The notes under the pieces are model-generated. The model was not told the DNA's origin, did no database searches, and saw nothing but the letters and a program-made list of their open reading frames with translations. From an uncultured Actinomycetes bacterium (GTDB lineage Bacteria; Actinomycetota; Thermoleophilia; UBA2241), in the NCBI GenBank assembly GCA_963767005.1, contig CAVYCN010000004.1, forward strand, positions 352,001 to 416,000: DNA of 64,000 nt, given 5' to 3'. This document shows positions 21,025 through 32,249 of this stretch, one piece after another; position 1 is the stretch's first letter, and each line of letters begins with the position of its first letter. Position numbers and translations under genes: made by a program.

Positions 21025-22445
21025 GCCCGGAGCGCGCCAAGGCGGGCACGGCCGGCGACGAGCCGGCCGAGGCCGCCGCGCTGCGCGGCCTCGCCGCCGT
21101 CGACCAGGTCCTGCGTGAGCCGGCCGTCGCCGCGCTCCTCGAGCGCTATCCCCGCGACGTCGTCGTGCGCGCCGTGCGCACCGTGATCGACCGTCTGCGG
21201 CGCGAGATCATCGAGGGCGGGCGAGAGGCCGACGCGGCCGGCCTCACGCCCGCCCATCTCGCGCCCTGGGTCGAGCAGCTCGTCGAGACGGCCGTCTCCC
21301 CGTCGCTGCGCCGCGTGATCAACGCGACCGGCGTTGTCGTCCACACCAACCTCGGGCGCTCCGTGCTGCCGGCCGAGGCGCTCGCCGCGGTCGTCACCGC
21401 CGCCGGCTCGTACACCGACCTCGAGATCGACCTCGCCGGCGGCGAGCGGGCCACCCGGCAGCGCCACGTGCGCGACGTGCTGTGCGCCCTCACGGGCGCC
21501 GCCGACGCGCTCGTCGTCAACAACAACGCCGCGGCGGTGCTGCTCGCCCTGGCGGCGACTTGCCGCGACGGCGAGGTGATCGTGTCGCGTGGCGAGCTCG
21601 TCGAGATCGGCGACGGGTTTCGCATCCCCGACATCCTCGCCGAGAGCGGCGCCCGCCTGGTCGAGGTGGGCACCACCAACCGCACCTACCTGCGCGACGT
21701 CGAGCGTGCCTGGACCGAGCGCACGCGCGCCGTGCTGCGCGTGCACACGAGCAACTACCGCATCGTGGGCTTCACCACGCAACCGGCGCTCGACGAGCTC
21801 GTGGGCTTCGCCCACGAGCGCGACGCGCTGGTGATCGACGATCTGGGCAGCGGCGCCCTGGCCGACCTGCCGCTGCTCGCCGAGGAGCCGGCGGCGCGCG
21901 AGTCGCTGCGCCTCGGCGTCGATCTCGTCACGTTCAGCGGCGACAAGCTGCTCGGCGGGCCGCAGGCCGGCATCGTGCTCGGCACGGCCGCCGCCGTCGA
22001 GCGTCTGCGCACCCACCCCCTGGCGCGCGCCGTGCGCATCGACAAGCTCAATCTGGCCGCGCTCGACGCGCTGCTGCGTCTCTACCTCGACCCCGCGGCC
22101 GCCGTCGAGCGCGTGCCGACGCTCGCCCTCCTCGTCCAGGCCCGCGCCGCGCTCGTGGCGCGCGCCGAGCGGCTGCGTGCCGCGCTCGGCGACGGCGAGG
22201 TCGTCGACGCCGTGGGGCGCGCCGGCGGCGGTGCGCTGCCGCTGGCCGAGGTCGCGAGCGCGGCCGTCGCCCTGGCCCCGGCACGGCTCGCTGTCGGTGA
22301 GCTGGCCGCCCGCCTGCGGCGCGGGCGCCCGGCGGTGCTCGGCTACGTCCACGACGGCCGGGTCCTGCTCGACGTGCTCGCCGTGCGCGACGACGAGGTC
22401 GACGCGCTCGCCGCGGCCGTGGGCGCCGCCCTGACCGCGGGGTAG
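21021..22445 (+). CDS. selA: L-seryl-tRNA(Sec) selenium transferase
   Basis: VINATGVVVHTNLGR, VNNNAAA, SRGELVEIG, EVGTTN, DLGSG, FSGDKLLGGPQAG. Confidence 0.97.
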
Positions 22446-22450
22446 GAGCC

Positions 22451-24409
<1,959 letters not shown>

Positions 24410-24477
24410 GCTTCACGCCGCAGCGAGCGGCGCATCACAGAGGATCGGCGGGCGGGGGGCTGCCCCCGAAGCGGCCC

Positions 24478-25536
24478 TTACGGCCGGCCGGAGGCGAAGT
24501 AGTCGCCGCTGAAGGCCGAGTCGTAGCGCACGTCGACGCCGGTGTAGGGCGCGTCGATCATGGAGCCGCCACCCACGTAGATGCCGACGTGGTGGATGCC
24601 GCCGGCCGAGGGGCCAAAGAAGACGAGGTCGCCGGGCTGCTCGGAGCCGTGCGCGACGGGCGTGCAGTCGGCGTACTGCATGGCGGCGTTGTGTGGCAGG
24701 GAGATGCCGACCTGCGCGTAGCAGTACATGACGAGACCCGAGCAGTCGAAGCCGGACGGGCTTGCGCCGCCCCACACGTAGGGCACGCCGAGGTAGCGCT
24801 GGGCGATCCCCACGATGCCGCCGTGCGCGCCGGCCGACGAGGTCGTGCCGCCCGGGTTCTGCTGGACGTGCGAGGCCGACTCGCGCGCGGCGGCGGCACG
24901 CTCGGCAGCCAGCTTGGCGGCGCGCGCCTGAGCGGCCTCCATGGCCTTGATCTGCTTCTGCACGCCGGCGAGCTTGCTCTGACGGTAGCTCAGGTCGGAG
25001 TAGATCTGCTGTTTGGTCGCGGCCCGCTCCGCGACGAGCGCCGTCGCCTGCTTGCCCTCGACCAGCAGCGCCTTGCGACGCTCGCTGATCTGCTTCTTGA
25101 GGGCGGTGATCGTGCTGACCGTCTGACTCTCGTTCTGGTCGACCTGCCGCATGGCGTCGACCTCGGTCACGAGCTGGTCGAACGACTTGGTCGACAGCAG
25201 CACGTCGAGCATGTCGGCCTTGTCCTGCTTGTAGAGCGACACGACGCGCTGAGTGAGGGTCTGGCGGGCGACGAGCAGGTTGTAGCGCGCGACGATGAGC
25301 TGGTGCTCGTTCGTGCTGATCCGGGCGCGGACGTCGGTGAGCTTCTGGTTGGCCGCGTCGTAGGCCTCGACCGCGATCTCCATCTTGGTGTTCAGGGCCT
25401 GGACCTCGGTGGCCAGGTTCTGAGCCTGCGCCTTCTTCTGGGCGATCGTGGTCGCCGACACCGAGCCGGGGATGAGCGAGATGGCCAGCATGGCCGTGAA
25501 GAGAAGCAGGGCGAGGGTGAGAAGCCTGCGCTGCAT
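24478..25536 (-). CDS. Secreted NlpC/P60 peptidoglycan endopeptidase with coiled-coil (CwlO/RipA-like)
   Basis: AAGGAGG RBS + ATG 25536; signal peptide, long coiled coil, PYVWGG, FDCSGL, GDLVFF, HVGIY. Confidence 0.92.
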   Translation of the reverse strand: MQRRLLTLALLLFTAMLAISLIPGSVSATTIAQKKAQAQNLATEVQALNTKMEIAVEAYDAANQKLTDVRARISTNEHQLIVARYNLLVARQTLTQRVVSLYKQDKADMLDVLLSTKSFDQLVTEVDAMRQVDQNESQTVSTITALKKQISERRKALLVEGKQATALVAERAATKQQIYSDLSYRQSKLAGVQKQIKAMEAAQARAAKLAAERAAAARESASHVQQNPGGTTSSAGAHGGIVGIAQRYLGVPYVWGGASPSGFDCSGLVMYCYAQVGISLPHNAAMQYADCTPVAHGSEQPGDLVFFGPSAGGIHHVGIYVGGGSMIDAPYTGVDVRYDSAFSGDYFASGRP

Positions 25537-25658
25537 GCCGTCGCCTCCTTTTGGGCCTCGCCACTCACCGCGACGAGCCCCTGAGGTGCGCCCGTTTACG
25601 TCGTGCGCTTCGTTGCCTGCCGGGCCCCCGTACCCATGACAAGGGGCGCGAGCCCGGG

Positions 25659-25688
25659 ACCTTACCACAGAGCTGCCGCCACTTTCAA
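25659..25688 (-). promoter_or_regulatory. Candidate sigma-70 promoter for the NlpC/P60 gene
   Basis: Minus strand TTGAAA-N18-TAAGGT with TG immediately upstream of the -10 (TGn). Confidence 0.5.
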
Positions 25689-25936
25689 GCCGGCCCGTCC
25701 GGCCGGCACGTCCTTGATCGACCGGCGCGACCGCTGCCTGAAGCCCGCCGTGCCGGCCGCGGACGCCTCGGAGGCGCCTGCCAGAAGAAGTTCGCCCTCT
25801 GCTTCCCGTCACCTTCACGGCGCCGCCGGAGTCCCGTGCTCGTGGTCCGGGCGCCGCCGAGGTGATAGCGTGGCTAGGCCCGCCCGGGCGGGCGGGCCGC
25901 GACCCGGGCGGTCCGCGCAGGGAGTGTGAAGGGGGC

Positions 25937-26734
25937 ATGACGATGGAGCGCAGGGGACGGCTGGCCGGCAAGGTGGCGCTGATCACCGGGGTGGCCAAGC
26001 AGGACGGGATCGGCTTCGCCACGGCGCGGGTCTTCCTCGAGGAGGAGGCCGCCGGCATCGCCGTGGTCGACATCGCGGACGCCGTGCACGACTGCGCCGC
26101 CAGCCTGGGCGAGGGATGCACCGGGCACACCGCCGACCTCACAGCGGCCGCCGACGTCCAGCGCGTGGTCGACGAGGCGCTCGCCGCCCACGGGCGCATC
26201 GACGTCCTGGTCAACTGCGCTGGCATGGTCGTCTTCGGTCAGGACGAGGACTTCGCCGCCTTCCAGGACCTGAGCGAGCGGCAGTGGGACTTCGGCATCG
26301 CCATCAACCTGAAGAGCCAGTTCCTGGTGACGCGCGCCGTGGTGCCGCACATGATCGCGCGCGGCTCCGGCCGTATCGTGAACGTCTCGTCGGTCACCGG
26401 CCCGGTGGTCGCCAACCCCGAAGAGTCGGCGTACTGCGCGGCCAAGGCCGGCGTGGTGGGCCTTACCCGCGGCCTCGCGCTCGACGTCGCCAAGCACGGC
26501 ATCACGGTGAACGCCGTGGGACCGGGCTGGGTGGCCACGGGCTCGCAGGTCGAGGGCGAGGACGTGGGCGGCGACAACACGCCGCTCAAGCGCTCGGCCC
26601 GGCCCGACGAGATCGGCCGGCTGATCTGCTTCCTGGGCTCCGACGACGCGAGCTACATCACCGGGCAGCTCGTCGTGATCGACGGCGGCAACACGATCCA
26701 GGAGTACAAGGGCCCGAGCGAGCTCTACTACTAA
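25937..26734 (+). CDS. Short-chain dehydrogenase/reductase
   Basis: ITG...GIG, VNCAG, NVSS, YCAAK, DGG. Confidence 0.92.
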   Translation: MTMERRGRLAGKVALITGVAKQDGIGFATARVFLEEEAAGIAVVDIADAVHDCAASLGEGCTGHTADLTAAADVQRVVDEALAAHGRIDVLVNCAGMVVFGQDEDFAAFQDLSERQWDFGIAINLKSQFLVTRAVVPHMIARGSGRIVNVSSVTGPVVANPEESAYCAAKAGVVGLTRGLALDVAKHGITVNAVGPGWVATGSQVEGEDVGGDNTPLKRSARPDEIGRLICFLGSDDASYITGQLVVIDGGNTIQEYKGPSELYY

Positions 26735-26755
26735 GCGGCGCGGGGGGGATGGAAC

Positions 26756-27556
26756 GTGGCGGCGGAGTCCGAGTTCGACAACAGGGTCGTGCTGGTCACC
26801 GGCGCGGCGGGCGGCATCGGCAAGGCCGTCGCGCGGCGCTTCCTGGCTGCCGGGGCCCAGGTGTTCGCCGCCGACCTGCGGGCCGAGCCCCTGGCGGCCG
26901 CCGTCGCAGAGTTGTCGGCGTCGCCAGGCACGGCGATCTACCCCATCGAGGCCGACGTCACCGTCGTCGCCGACTGCGAGCGCATGGTGCGGGTCGCGGT
27001 GGCCGGCGGCGGGCGCCTCGACGTGCTCGTCAACAGCGCCGGCGTGTGGGTCGAGGGCCCGAGCGAGACCATGACCGAGGCCGACTGGGACGGCGTGGTC
27101 GACGTCAACCTCAAGGGCACCTTCTTCTGCTGCCGCTACGCCCTGCCGGAGCTGCGCAAGACGCAGGGCTGCATCGTCAACGTCTCGTCGGACGCCGGCG
27201 TGGTGGGCACGCCCGAGACGGCCGTCTACACGGCCTCCAAGGGCGGCGTCAGCCTGCTCACCAAAGCGCTCGCGCTCGAGCTCGCGCCCGACCTCGTGCG
27301 CGTGAACGCGGTCTGTCCCGGCGACGTGCAGACTCCCATGCTGCAGTACCAGGCCGACAACTTCGGCGGCGGCGACCCCGAGGGGTACCTGCGACGGCTG
27401 CTCGCCTCGTACCCGCAGGGCGAGCGTGCCCGCTTCATCAGGCCCGACGAGGTGGCGGAACTCATCTGCTACCTCGCCGGCGAGAAGGCGGCGCCGATCA
27501 CCGGCGCCCTCCTGTCGATCGACTTCGGGTCGAGCGCCGGCTACACGTATCAGTGA
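26756..27556 (+). CDS. Short-chain dehydrogenase/reductase
   Basis: TGAAGGIG, VNSAG, YTASK, VNAVCPG. Confidence 0.92.
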   Translation: MAAESEFDNRVVLVTGAAGGIGKAVARRFLAAGAQVFAADLRAEPLAAAVAELSASPGTAIYPIEADVTVVADCERMVRVAVAGGGRLDVLVNSAGVWVEGPSETMTEADWDGVVDVNLKGTFFCCRYALPELRKTQGCIVNVSSDAGVVGTPETAVYTASKGGVSLLTKALALELAPDLVRVNAVCPGDVQTPMLQYQADNFGGGDPEGYLRRLLASYPQGERARFIRPDEVAELICYLAGEKAAPITGALLSIDFGSSAGYTYQ

Positions 27557-27606
27557 CCGCGTCCGCGCGACCCGGCAAACCGCAAGGGAAGGAGTCCGAG
27601 TCCCCC

Positions 27607-29016
27607 ATGGCCGAGAGACCGTTCATCCACCCGTACATCCCCAACGCTGTGCCGGCCACCAAAGCGGCCATGTTGCGGGAGATCGGGCTCGACGGCGTCG
27701 AGGAGATCTACGCCGAGATCCCCGACCGCCTGCGCTTTCGGGGGCGGCTCGACATCCCCGAGCCGATCCTCGCCGAGCGCGACCTGCGGCGGCACGTCAA
27801 GGGCCTGCTCGACCGCAACACGAGCTGTGAGGACAACCTCAACTTCTGCGGCGCCGGCTGCTGGCAGCACTACGTGCCGGCCGTCGTCGACGAGGTCGTG
27901 AACAGGGCCGAGTTCCTGTCGGCGTACTGCGGCGGCAGCTACTCCGACCTGGGCAAATACCAGGCGCGCTTCGAGTTCAACAGCCAGCTCGGTGAGCTGC
28001 TCGACCTGGACGGCGTCGCCAACCCGATCTACGACTGGGGCGACGTCGCCGGGCGCAGCTTCCGCATGGCCAGGCGCATCACGGGCCGCCGCCGGGTGCT
28101 CGTGCCGCAGGCGATGAGCCCCATGCGCCTGGCCGAGGCGCGTACGCTCTGTCAGCCCGAGGTGATGCCCACCCACGTCGCGATCGAGCAGGTCGCCTAC
28201 GAACCGGCCAGCGGCCGGCTCGACCTCGCCGACATGCGCGCGAAGATGGGCGACGACGTCGCCGCCGTCTATTGGGAGAGCCCCGGTTACCTCGGTACGA
28301 TCGAGGACCAGGGCGCCGAGATCGTGCGCATCGCGCACGAGCAGGGCGCTCTCGCCATCGCCGGCGTCGACCCGATCACGCTGGGCGTGCTCGCGCCGCC
28401 CGGTGCGATCGGCGCCGACATCGCCTGCGGCGACATCCAGTGCCTGGGCGTGCACATGCACGCGGGCGCCGGCTGCTCGGGCTTCATCGCCTTCCGCGAC
28501 GACGACCCGGTGTTCGCGCAGGAGTGCCCGCTCGAGCTCTACACGCTGCTCGAGACCGAGACACCCGGCGAGTGGCAGGTCGCCGAGGCCCTGGCCGAGC
28601 GCACGAGCTACGGCGCGCGCGACCAGGGCAAGGACTGGGTCGGCACCGCCTCGGGCCTGTGGACGATCGCCGCGGCCGTGTACATGACGGTCATGGGTCC
28701 CCAGGGCTTCAAGGAGGTCGGCGAGACCTGCATCGCACGCTCGCACTACGCCGCGAAGCGCCTCGCCGAGCTGCCCGGTGTGACGATCAAGCTCTCGCCC
28801 GCCTTCTTCAAGGAGTTCGTGGTCTGCTTCGACGGCACCGGCAAGACGGTCGCCGAGATCAACCACAGGCTGCTCGACCACGCCGTCTTTGGCGGCAAGG
28901 ACCTCTCGGCCGAGTTCCCCGAGCTCGGGCAGAGCGCCCTGTACTGCGTCACCGAGTATCACAGCGAGGCCGACATCGTGGAGCTCGTGATCGCCCTCAA
29001 GGAGGTGCTGCAATGA
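27607..29016 (+). CDS. Divergent GcvPA-like (glycine decarboxylase alpha-subunit family) protein
   Basis: HPYIPN, NFCGAGCWQHYVPAVVDE, FKEFV, LYCVTE; canonical YTPYQ and REQHIRRE motifs are replaced. Confidence 0.88.
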   Translation: MAERPFIHPYIPNAVPATKAAMLREIGLDGVEEIYAEIPDRLRFRGRLDIPEPILAERDLRRHVKGLLDRNTSCEDNLNFCGAGCWQHYVPAVVDEVVNRAEFLSAYCGGSYSDLGKYQARFEFNSQLGELLDLDGVANPIYDWGDVAGRSFRMARRITGRRRVLVPQAMSPMRLAEARTLCQPEVMPTHVAIEQVAYEPASGRLDLADMRAKMGDDVAAVYWESPGYLGTIEDQGAEIVRIAHEQGALAIAGVDPITLGVLAPPGAIGADIACGDIQCLGVHMHAGAGCSGFIAFRDDDPVFAQECPLELYTLLETETPGEWQVAEALAERTSYGARDQGKDWVGTASGLWTIAAAVYMTVMGPQGFKEVGETCIARSHYAAKRLAELPGVTIKLSPAFFKEFVVCFDGTGKTVAEINHRLLDHAVFGGKDLSAEFPELGQSALYCVTEYHSEADIVELVIALKEVLQ

Positions 29017-30632
29017 GCGACCGCGTGACCGACGACGTCGCCGCCAAGCTCGAGCGCCTGGGCCGCCTGCGCCGCGACGGCGGCGCCCTGCGCGACTACC
29101 ACGCGCCGCGCTGGAACGAGCCCCTCGTCATGGAGCAGAGCGTGCCCGGCGAGCGCGGCGTGCTCGTGCCGCAGCCCGAGGCCGAGGTCAGGGCCGAGGT
29201 CGGCGACCCGCTGCAGTACGTGCCGGCCGCGACGCGCCGCCGGCAGGCGCCCGACCTGCCCGAGATCTCCCAGCACCAGGCCCTGCGTCACTACCTGCGG
29301 CTGTCGCAGATGACGCTCGGCATGGACCTCGGTTCCGACATCTCCGAGGGCACGTGCACGATGAAGTACAGCCCCAGGATGCATGAGGAGCTCGTGCGCT
29401 ACCACAAGCACGCCGAGCTGCACCCCTGGCAGGACGAGGACTCGCTGCAGGGCCTGCTGCAGATCGTGTACGACTGCGGCGAGTACCTGAAGGCGATCTC
29501 GGGCATGGACGCCATCACCCTGCAGCCGGGCGGCGGCTCGCACGCCGTCTACACCAACGCCTGCGTCATGCGCGAGTACTACCGCGAGCGTGGCGAGCTC
29601 GACCAGCGCACCGAGATGATCACCACGATCTTCTCGCACCCGTGCGACGCGGCGACACCCTCGGTGGCTGGCTTCAAGGTCATCACCGTCATGCCCGACG
29701 AGAACGGCTACCCCGACCTCGAGGCCTTCAAGGCGGCCGTGTCCGAGCGCACGGTCGGCTGCATGATCACGAACCCCGAGGACACCGGCATCTACAACCC
29801 GCAGATCGACAAGTACGTCGAGGTGCTGCACGGGGCCGGCGCCCTGGCCTTCACCGACCAGGCCAACGCCAACGGCATCCTGGGCTTTGCCCGCGCCCGC
29901 GACGCCGGCTTCGACGCCTGTCATTTCAACCTGCACAAGACCTTCTCGAGCCCCCACGGCTGCGAGGGTCCGGCGACCGGCGCCTACATGGTGACCGACG
30001 AGCTCGCCAAGTACCTGCCCGTGCCGGTGGTCACCAGGGTCGGCGAGCGCTACCACCTCGACTACGACCGGCCGCAGTCGATCGGCCGGGTGCGCGGCTT
30101 CCTGGGCAACTGGATGGGCGTGCTGCGCGCCTACGCCTGGATCCGCAGCATGGGCCCCGACGGCCTGCGCGAGGTGGCCGAGATCAGTGTGCTCAACAAC
30201 AACTACCTCGACCGCCTGCTCATGGGCGTGCGCGGCGTGAGCCGTCCGTACGCCGAGGGCCATCGCCGGCTCGACCAGGTGCGCTACAGCCTCGAGACGC
30301 TCAAAGAGGAGACGGGCGTCGGCACCGAGGAGGTGCGCGACCGCATGGTCGACTTCGGCATCCAGAGCTACTGGATGAGCCACCACCCCTGGGTGGTGGC
30401 GGAGCCCTTCACGCCGGAGCCCTGCGAGACCTATTCGAAGGCCGACCTCGACGAGTGGGCCGCCGTCATCAAGAAGGCGAGTGACGAGGCCTACGCCGAC
30501 GCCGGCACGGTCAAGTCGGCGCCCCACGCCTCGAGCTCGGGACGCATGAAGGGGCTCGAGGCCCTCGAGGACCCCGGGCGCTGGGCCCTGACCTGGCGGG
30601 CGTATCGCCGCAAGAACGGCCTGGCAGGGTAA
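29013..30632 (+). CDS. Divergent GcvPB-like (glycine decarboxylase beta-subunit family) PLP protein
   Basis: GTCTMKYSP, HP.Q, MITNP, HFNLHKTFSSPHG (PLP Lys), NNNYL, EPCET; ATGA overlap with the upstream gene. Confidence 0.9.
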   Translation: MSDRVTDDVAAKLERLGRLRRDGGALRDYHAPRWNEPLVMEQSVPGERGVLVPQPEAEVRAEVGDPLQYVPAATRRRQAPDLPEISQHQALRHYLRLSQMTLGMDLGSDISEGTCTMKYSPRMHEELVRYHKHAELHPWQDEDSLQGLLQIVYDCGEYLKAISGMDAITLQPGGGSHAVYTNACVMREYYRERGELDQRTEMITTIFSHPCDAATPSVAGFKVITVMPDENGYPDLEAFKAAVSERTVGCMITNPEDTGIYNPQIDKYVEVLHGAGALAFTDQANANGILGFARARDAGFDACHFNLHKTFSSPHGCEGPATGAYMVTDELAKYLPVPVVTRVGERYHLDYDRPQSIGRVRGFLGNWMGVLRAYAWIRSMGPDGLREVAEISVLNNNYLDRLLMGVRGVSRPYAEGHRRLDQVRYSLETLKEETGVGTEEVRDRMVDFGIQSYWMSHHPWVVAEPFTPEPCETYSKADLDEWAAVIKKASDEAYADAGTVKSAPHASSSGRMKGLEALEDPGRWALTWRAYRRKNGLAG

Positions 30633-30676
30633 GCTGTGCGGCCAAGGAGCCTGAACGACTGGAAAGGGGTGCCGGC

Positions 30677-30922
30677 ATGTGCATCGTGATGGGGCCGATC
30701 CGGATGGTCAGGGGACTGATCGCCGCGATGCTGAAGATCGTCGCGACAATCGTCCTCGTGGCGATCGCGGTGGTCGCGCTGGTCCCGCTCGGCATCGCCC
30801 TGGCGGCGGTGCTCTACATCAAGCGCGACGCCTGGACGCTGCCCGCCTACCGCTGGGCGCGCGACACGAGCGGCCGCCTCGGCTTCACGCCCTGGGGCCC
30901 GGGCGACGGCGGAGCAGCCTAG
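30677..30922 (+). CDS. Small hypothetical membrane protein
   Basis: AAAGGGG RBS-like sequence and a long hydrophobic segment. Confidence 0.6.
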   Translation: MCIVMGPIRMVRGLIAAMLKIVATIVLVAIAVVALVPLGIALAAVLYIKRDAWTLPAYRWARDTSGRLGFTPWGPGDGGAA

Positions 30923-31047
30923 GCCACGTCGCGTCGTCGTCGACCGGCGGTCGCCGCGGACCGGCGGGGGCGGCGAGGGCTGACCTTCAGCCCTCGCCGC
31001 CCCTGCTCGTCGTGCGCCGGGCGCGCGCATCCGTCAGAATGGAGCGC

Positions 31048-31605
31048 ATGAGCTCGCGAGGTTCGAACAGAGGTAAGTCGCGCGGACGGCGCCGTGTGGC
31101 GCCGGTCGCGGCAGCGGCCGGACGCGGCCTGGCCGGGGTCGCCCGCGTCGTGCTGCTGGCGATCATGGCGGCCGCGGTCGTGCAGGCGCTTGCCATCCTC
31201 GTCACATTCGCCCTACGGCGCTCGTCGTTCTCGTCGTTTCCCACGGCGCAGGCCATCGTGGCGTTCATCCTGGCGGCCGTCGCCGTGCTCGTCATGCTGG
31301 CGCTCGCCGTGAACTCGTCGTACCTGCCCGACCGCGTCGTGCCGCGGCGCTACCTGGGCGTGGCGTTCGGCGTCGTCTGGGTCGTCGGGGCGGCGGCGAT
31401 CGTCGTCGGCCTCGTGGGGTCGTTCCGTCTCGGCGCCTACGTCGCGGTCGAGATCCTGCCGGCGGCCGTGGGCTTCGTCCTCATGGGCCTGGTCACGCCC
31501 GGCCTGTACCGCCGCCCGGGTGAGGACGCAGGCGCCGGCGGCGGCGACAGCACCGCGCCGTCCCCGCGCGGCCGCCAGCGCCGCGGCGGGCGGGCGAAGC
31601 GGTGA
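31048..31605 (+). CDS. Hypothetical integral membrane protein (about 4 TM)
   Basis: Four hydrophobic helices; start at 31039 or 31048. Confidence 0.7.
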   Translation: MSSRGSNRGKSRGRRRVAPVAAAAGRGLAGVARVVLLAIMAAAVVQALAILVTFALRRSSFSSFPTAQAIVAFILAAVAVLVMLALAVNSSYLPDRVVPRRYLGVAFGVVWVVGAAAIVVGLVGSFRLGAYVAVEILPAAVGFVLMGLVTPGLYRRPGEDAGAGGGDSTAPSPRGRQRRGGRAKR

Positions 31606-32228
31606 CCGGCGTGACCGACGTTCCGGGCGCGCCGCCGCCGGCGGCCGAACACCCCTCGCCGCCGCCCGCCGAGCCCCCCGCGCCGCCGGCCGCCGCACCA
31701 CGATCGCAGCCGACCACCGAGCCACCTCGACCATCGGCCGCTGAGCCGGCGCCGTCGCCAAGCGACACCGGCACCCGTCGGTCGCGCCGGGTGGTGAAGA
31801 CGACCTACCGGGTGGAGAAGCCGGTCAAGGCCGGTCCGCTCGCCGTCGCCGGCAAGGTCGTCGTCGCCATCGTGTTCGCCGGCACCGTGGCGCTCGCCGC
31901 CTACCGCGCCGACCGGCCGGCGGCGACGCCGCACGACCACGTGCCCGCCGTCCTCGTGACCGGCGGCTTCGTGCTCGTCGCCCTGCTCGCGGTGGTGCTC
32001 ACGGCGACCGCTGTCGCGTGGGTCGTGCGCGGCTCGCGTTTCGCCGACAACCTCGCCTTCGCCGTCCTGTGGCCGATCGCCACAGTGCTCATGGCGATCC
32101 TGGCGGGTCTGTCGTTCGTGCCCCAGCACTACCTGCGTCCGGGGCCGGTGCTGGCGCCCGCCGGGATCGCCGCGGTCGTCATGATGGTGTCCGTCGCGAT
32201 CGTGTACAACAGGGCGCCACGGCGCTGA
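31602..32228 (+). CDS. Hypothetical membrane protein with Pro-rich N-terminus
   Basis: GTGA overlap with the upstream gene; about 4 TM helices. Confidence 0.7.
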   Translation: MTGVTDVPGAPPPAAEHPSPPPAEPPAPPAAAPRSQPTTEPPRPSAAEPAPSPSDTGTRRSRRVVKTTYRVEKPVKAGPLAVAGKVVVAIVFAGTVALAAYRADRPAATPHDHVPAVLVTGGFVLVALLAVVLTATAVAWVVRGSRFADNLAFAVLWPIATVLMAILAGLSFVPQHYLRPGPVLAPAGIAAVVMMVSVAIVYNRAPRR

Positions 32229-32249
32229 CGCGCCGCCCGCCGCGAGCCC

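Noticed and set aside
25540-25700. c-di-AMP (ydaO) riboswitch upstream of NlpC/P60
   Set aside because: The conserved ydaO motifs could not be found; kept only as an unassigned structured UTR.
26116-27606. 966-aa ORF suggesting a large N-terminal fusion to GcvPA-2 (likewise the long 5' extensions of the GcvPB-2, TetR, NlpC/P60, mttB4 and rlmN ORFs)
   Set aside because: The extensions are Arg/Gly/Pro-rich shadow frames overlapping real genes, a consequence of stop-codon scarcity at high GC; true starts with RBS lie downstream.
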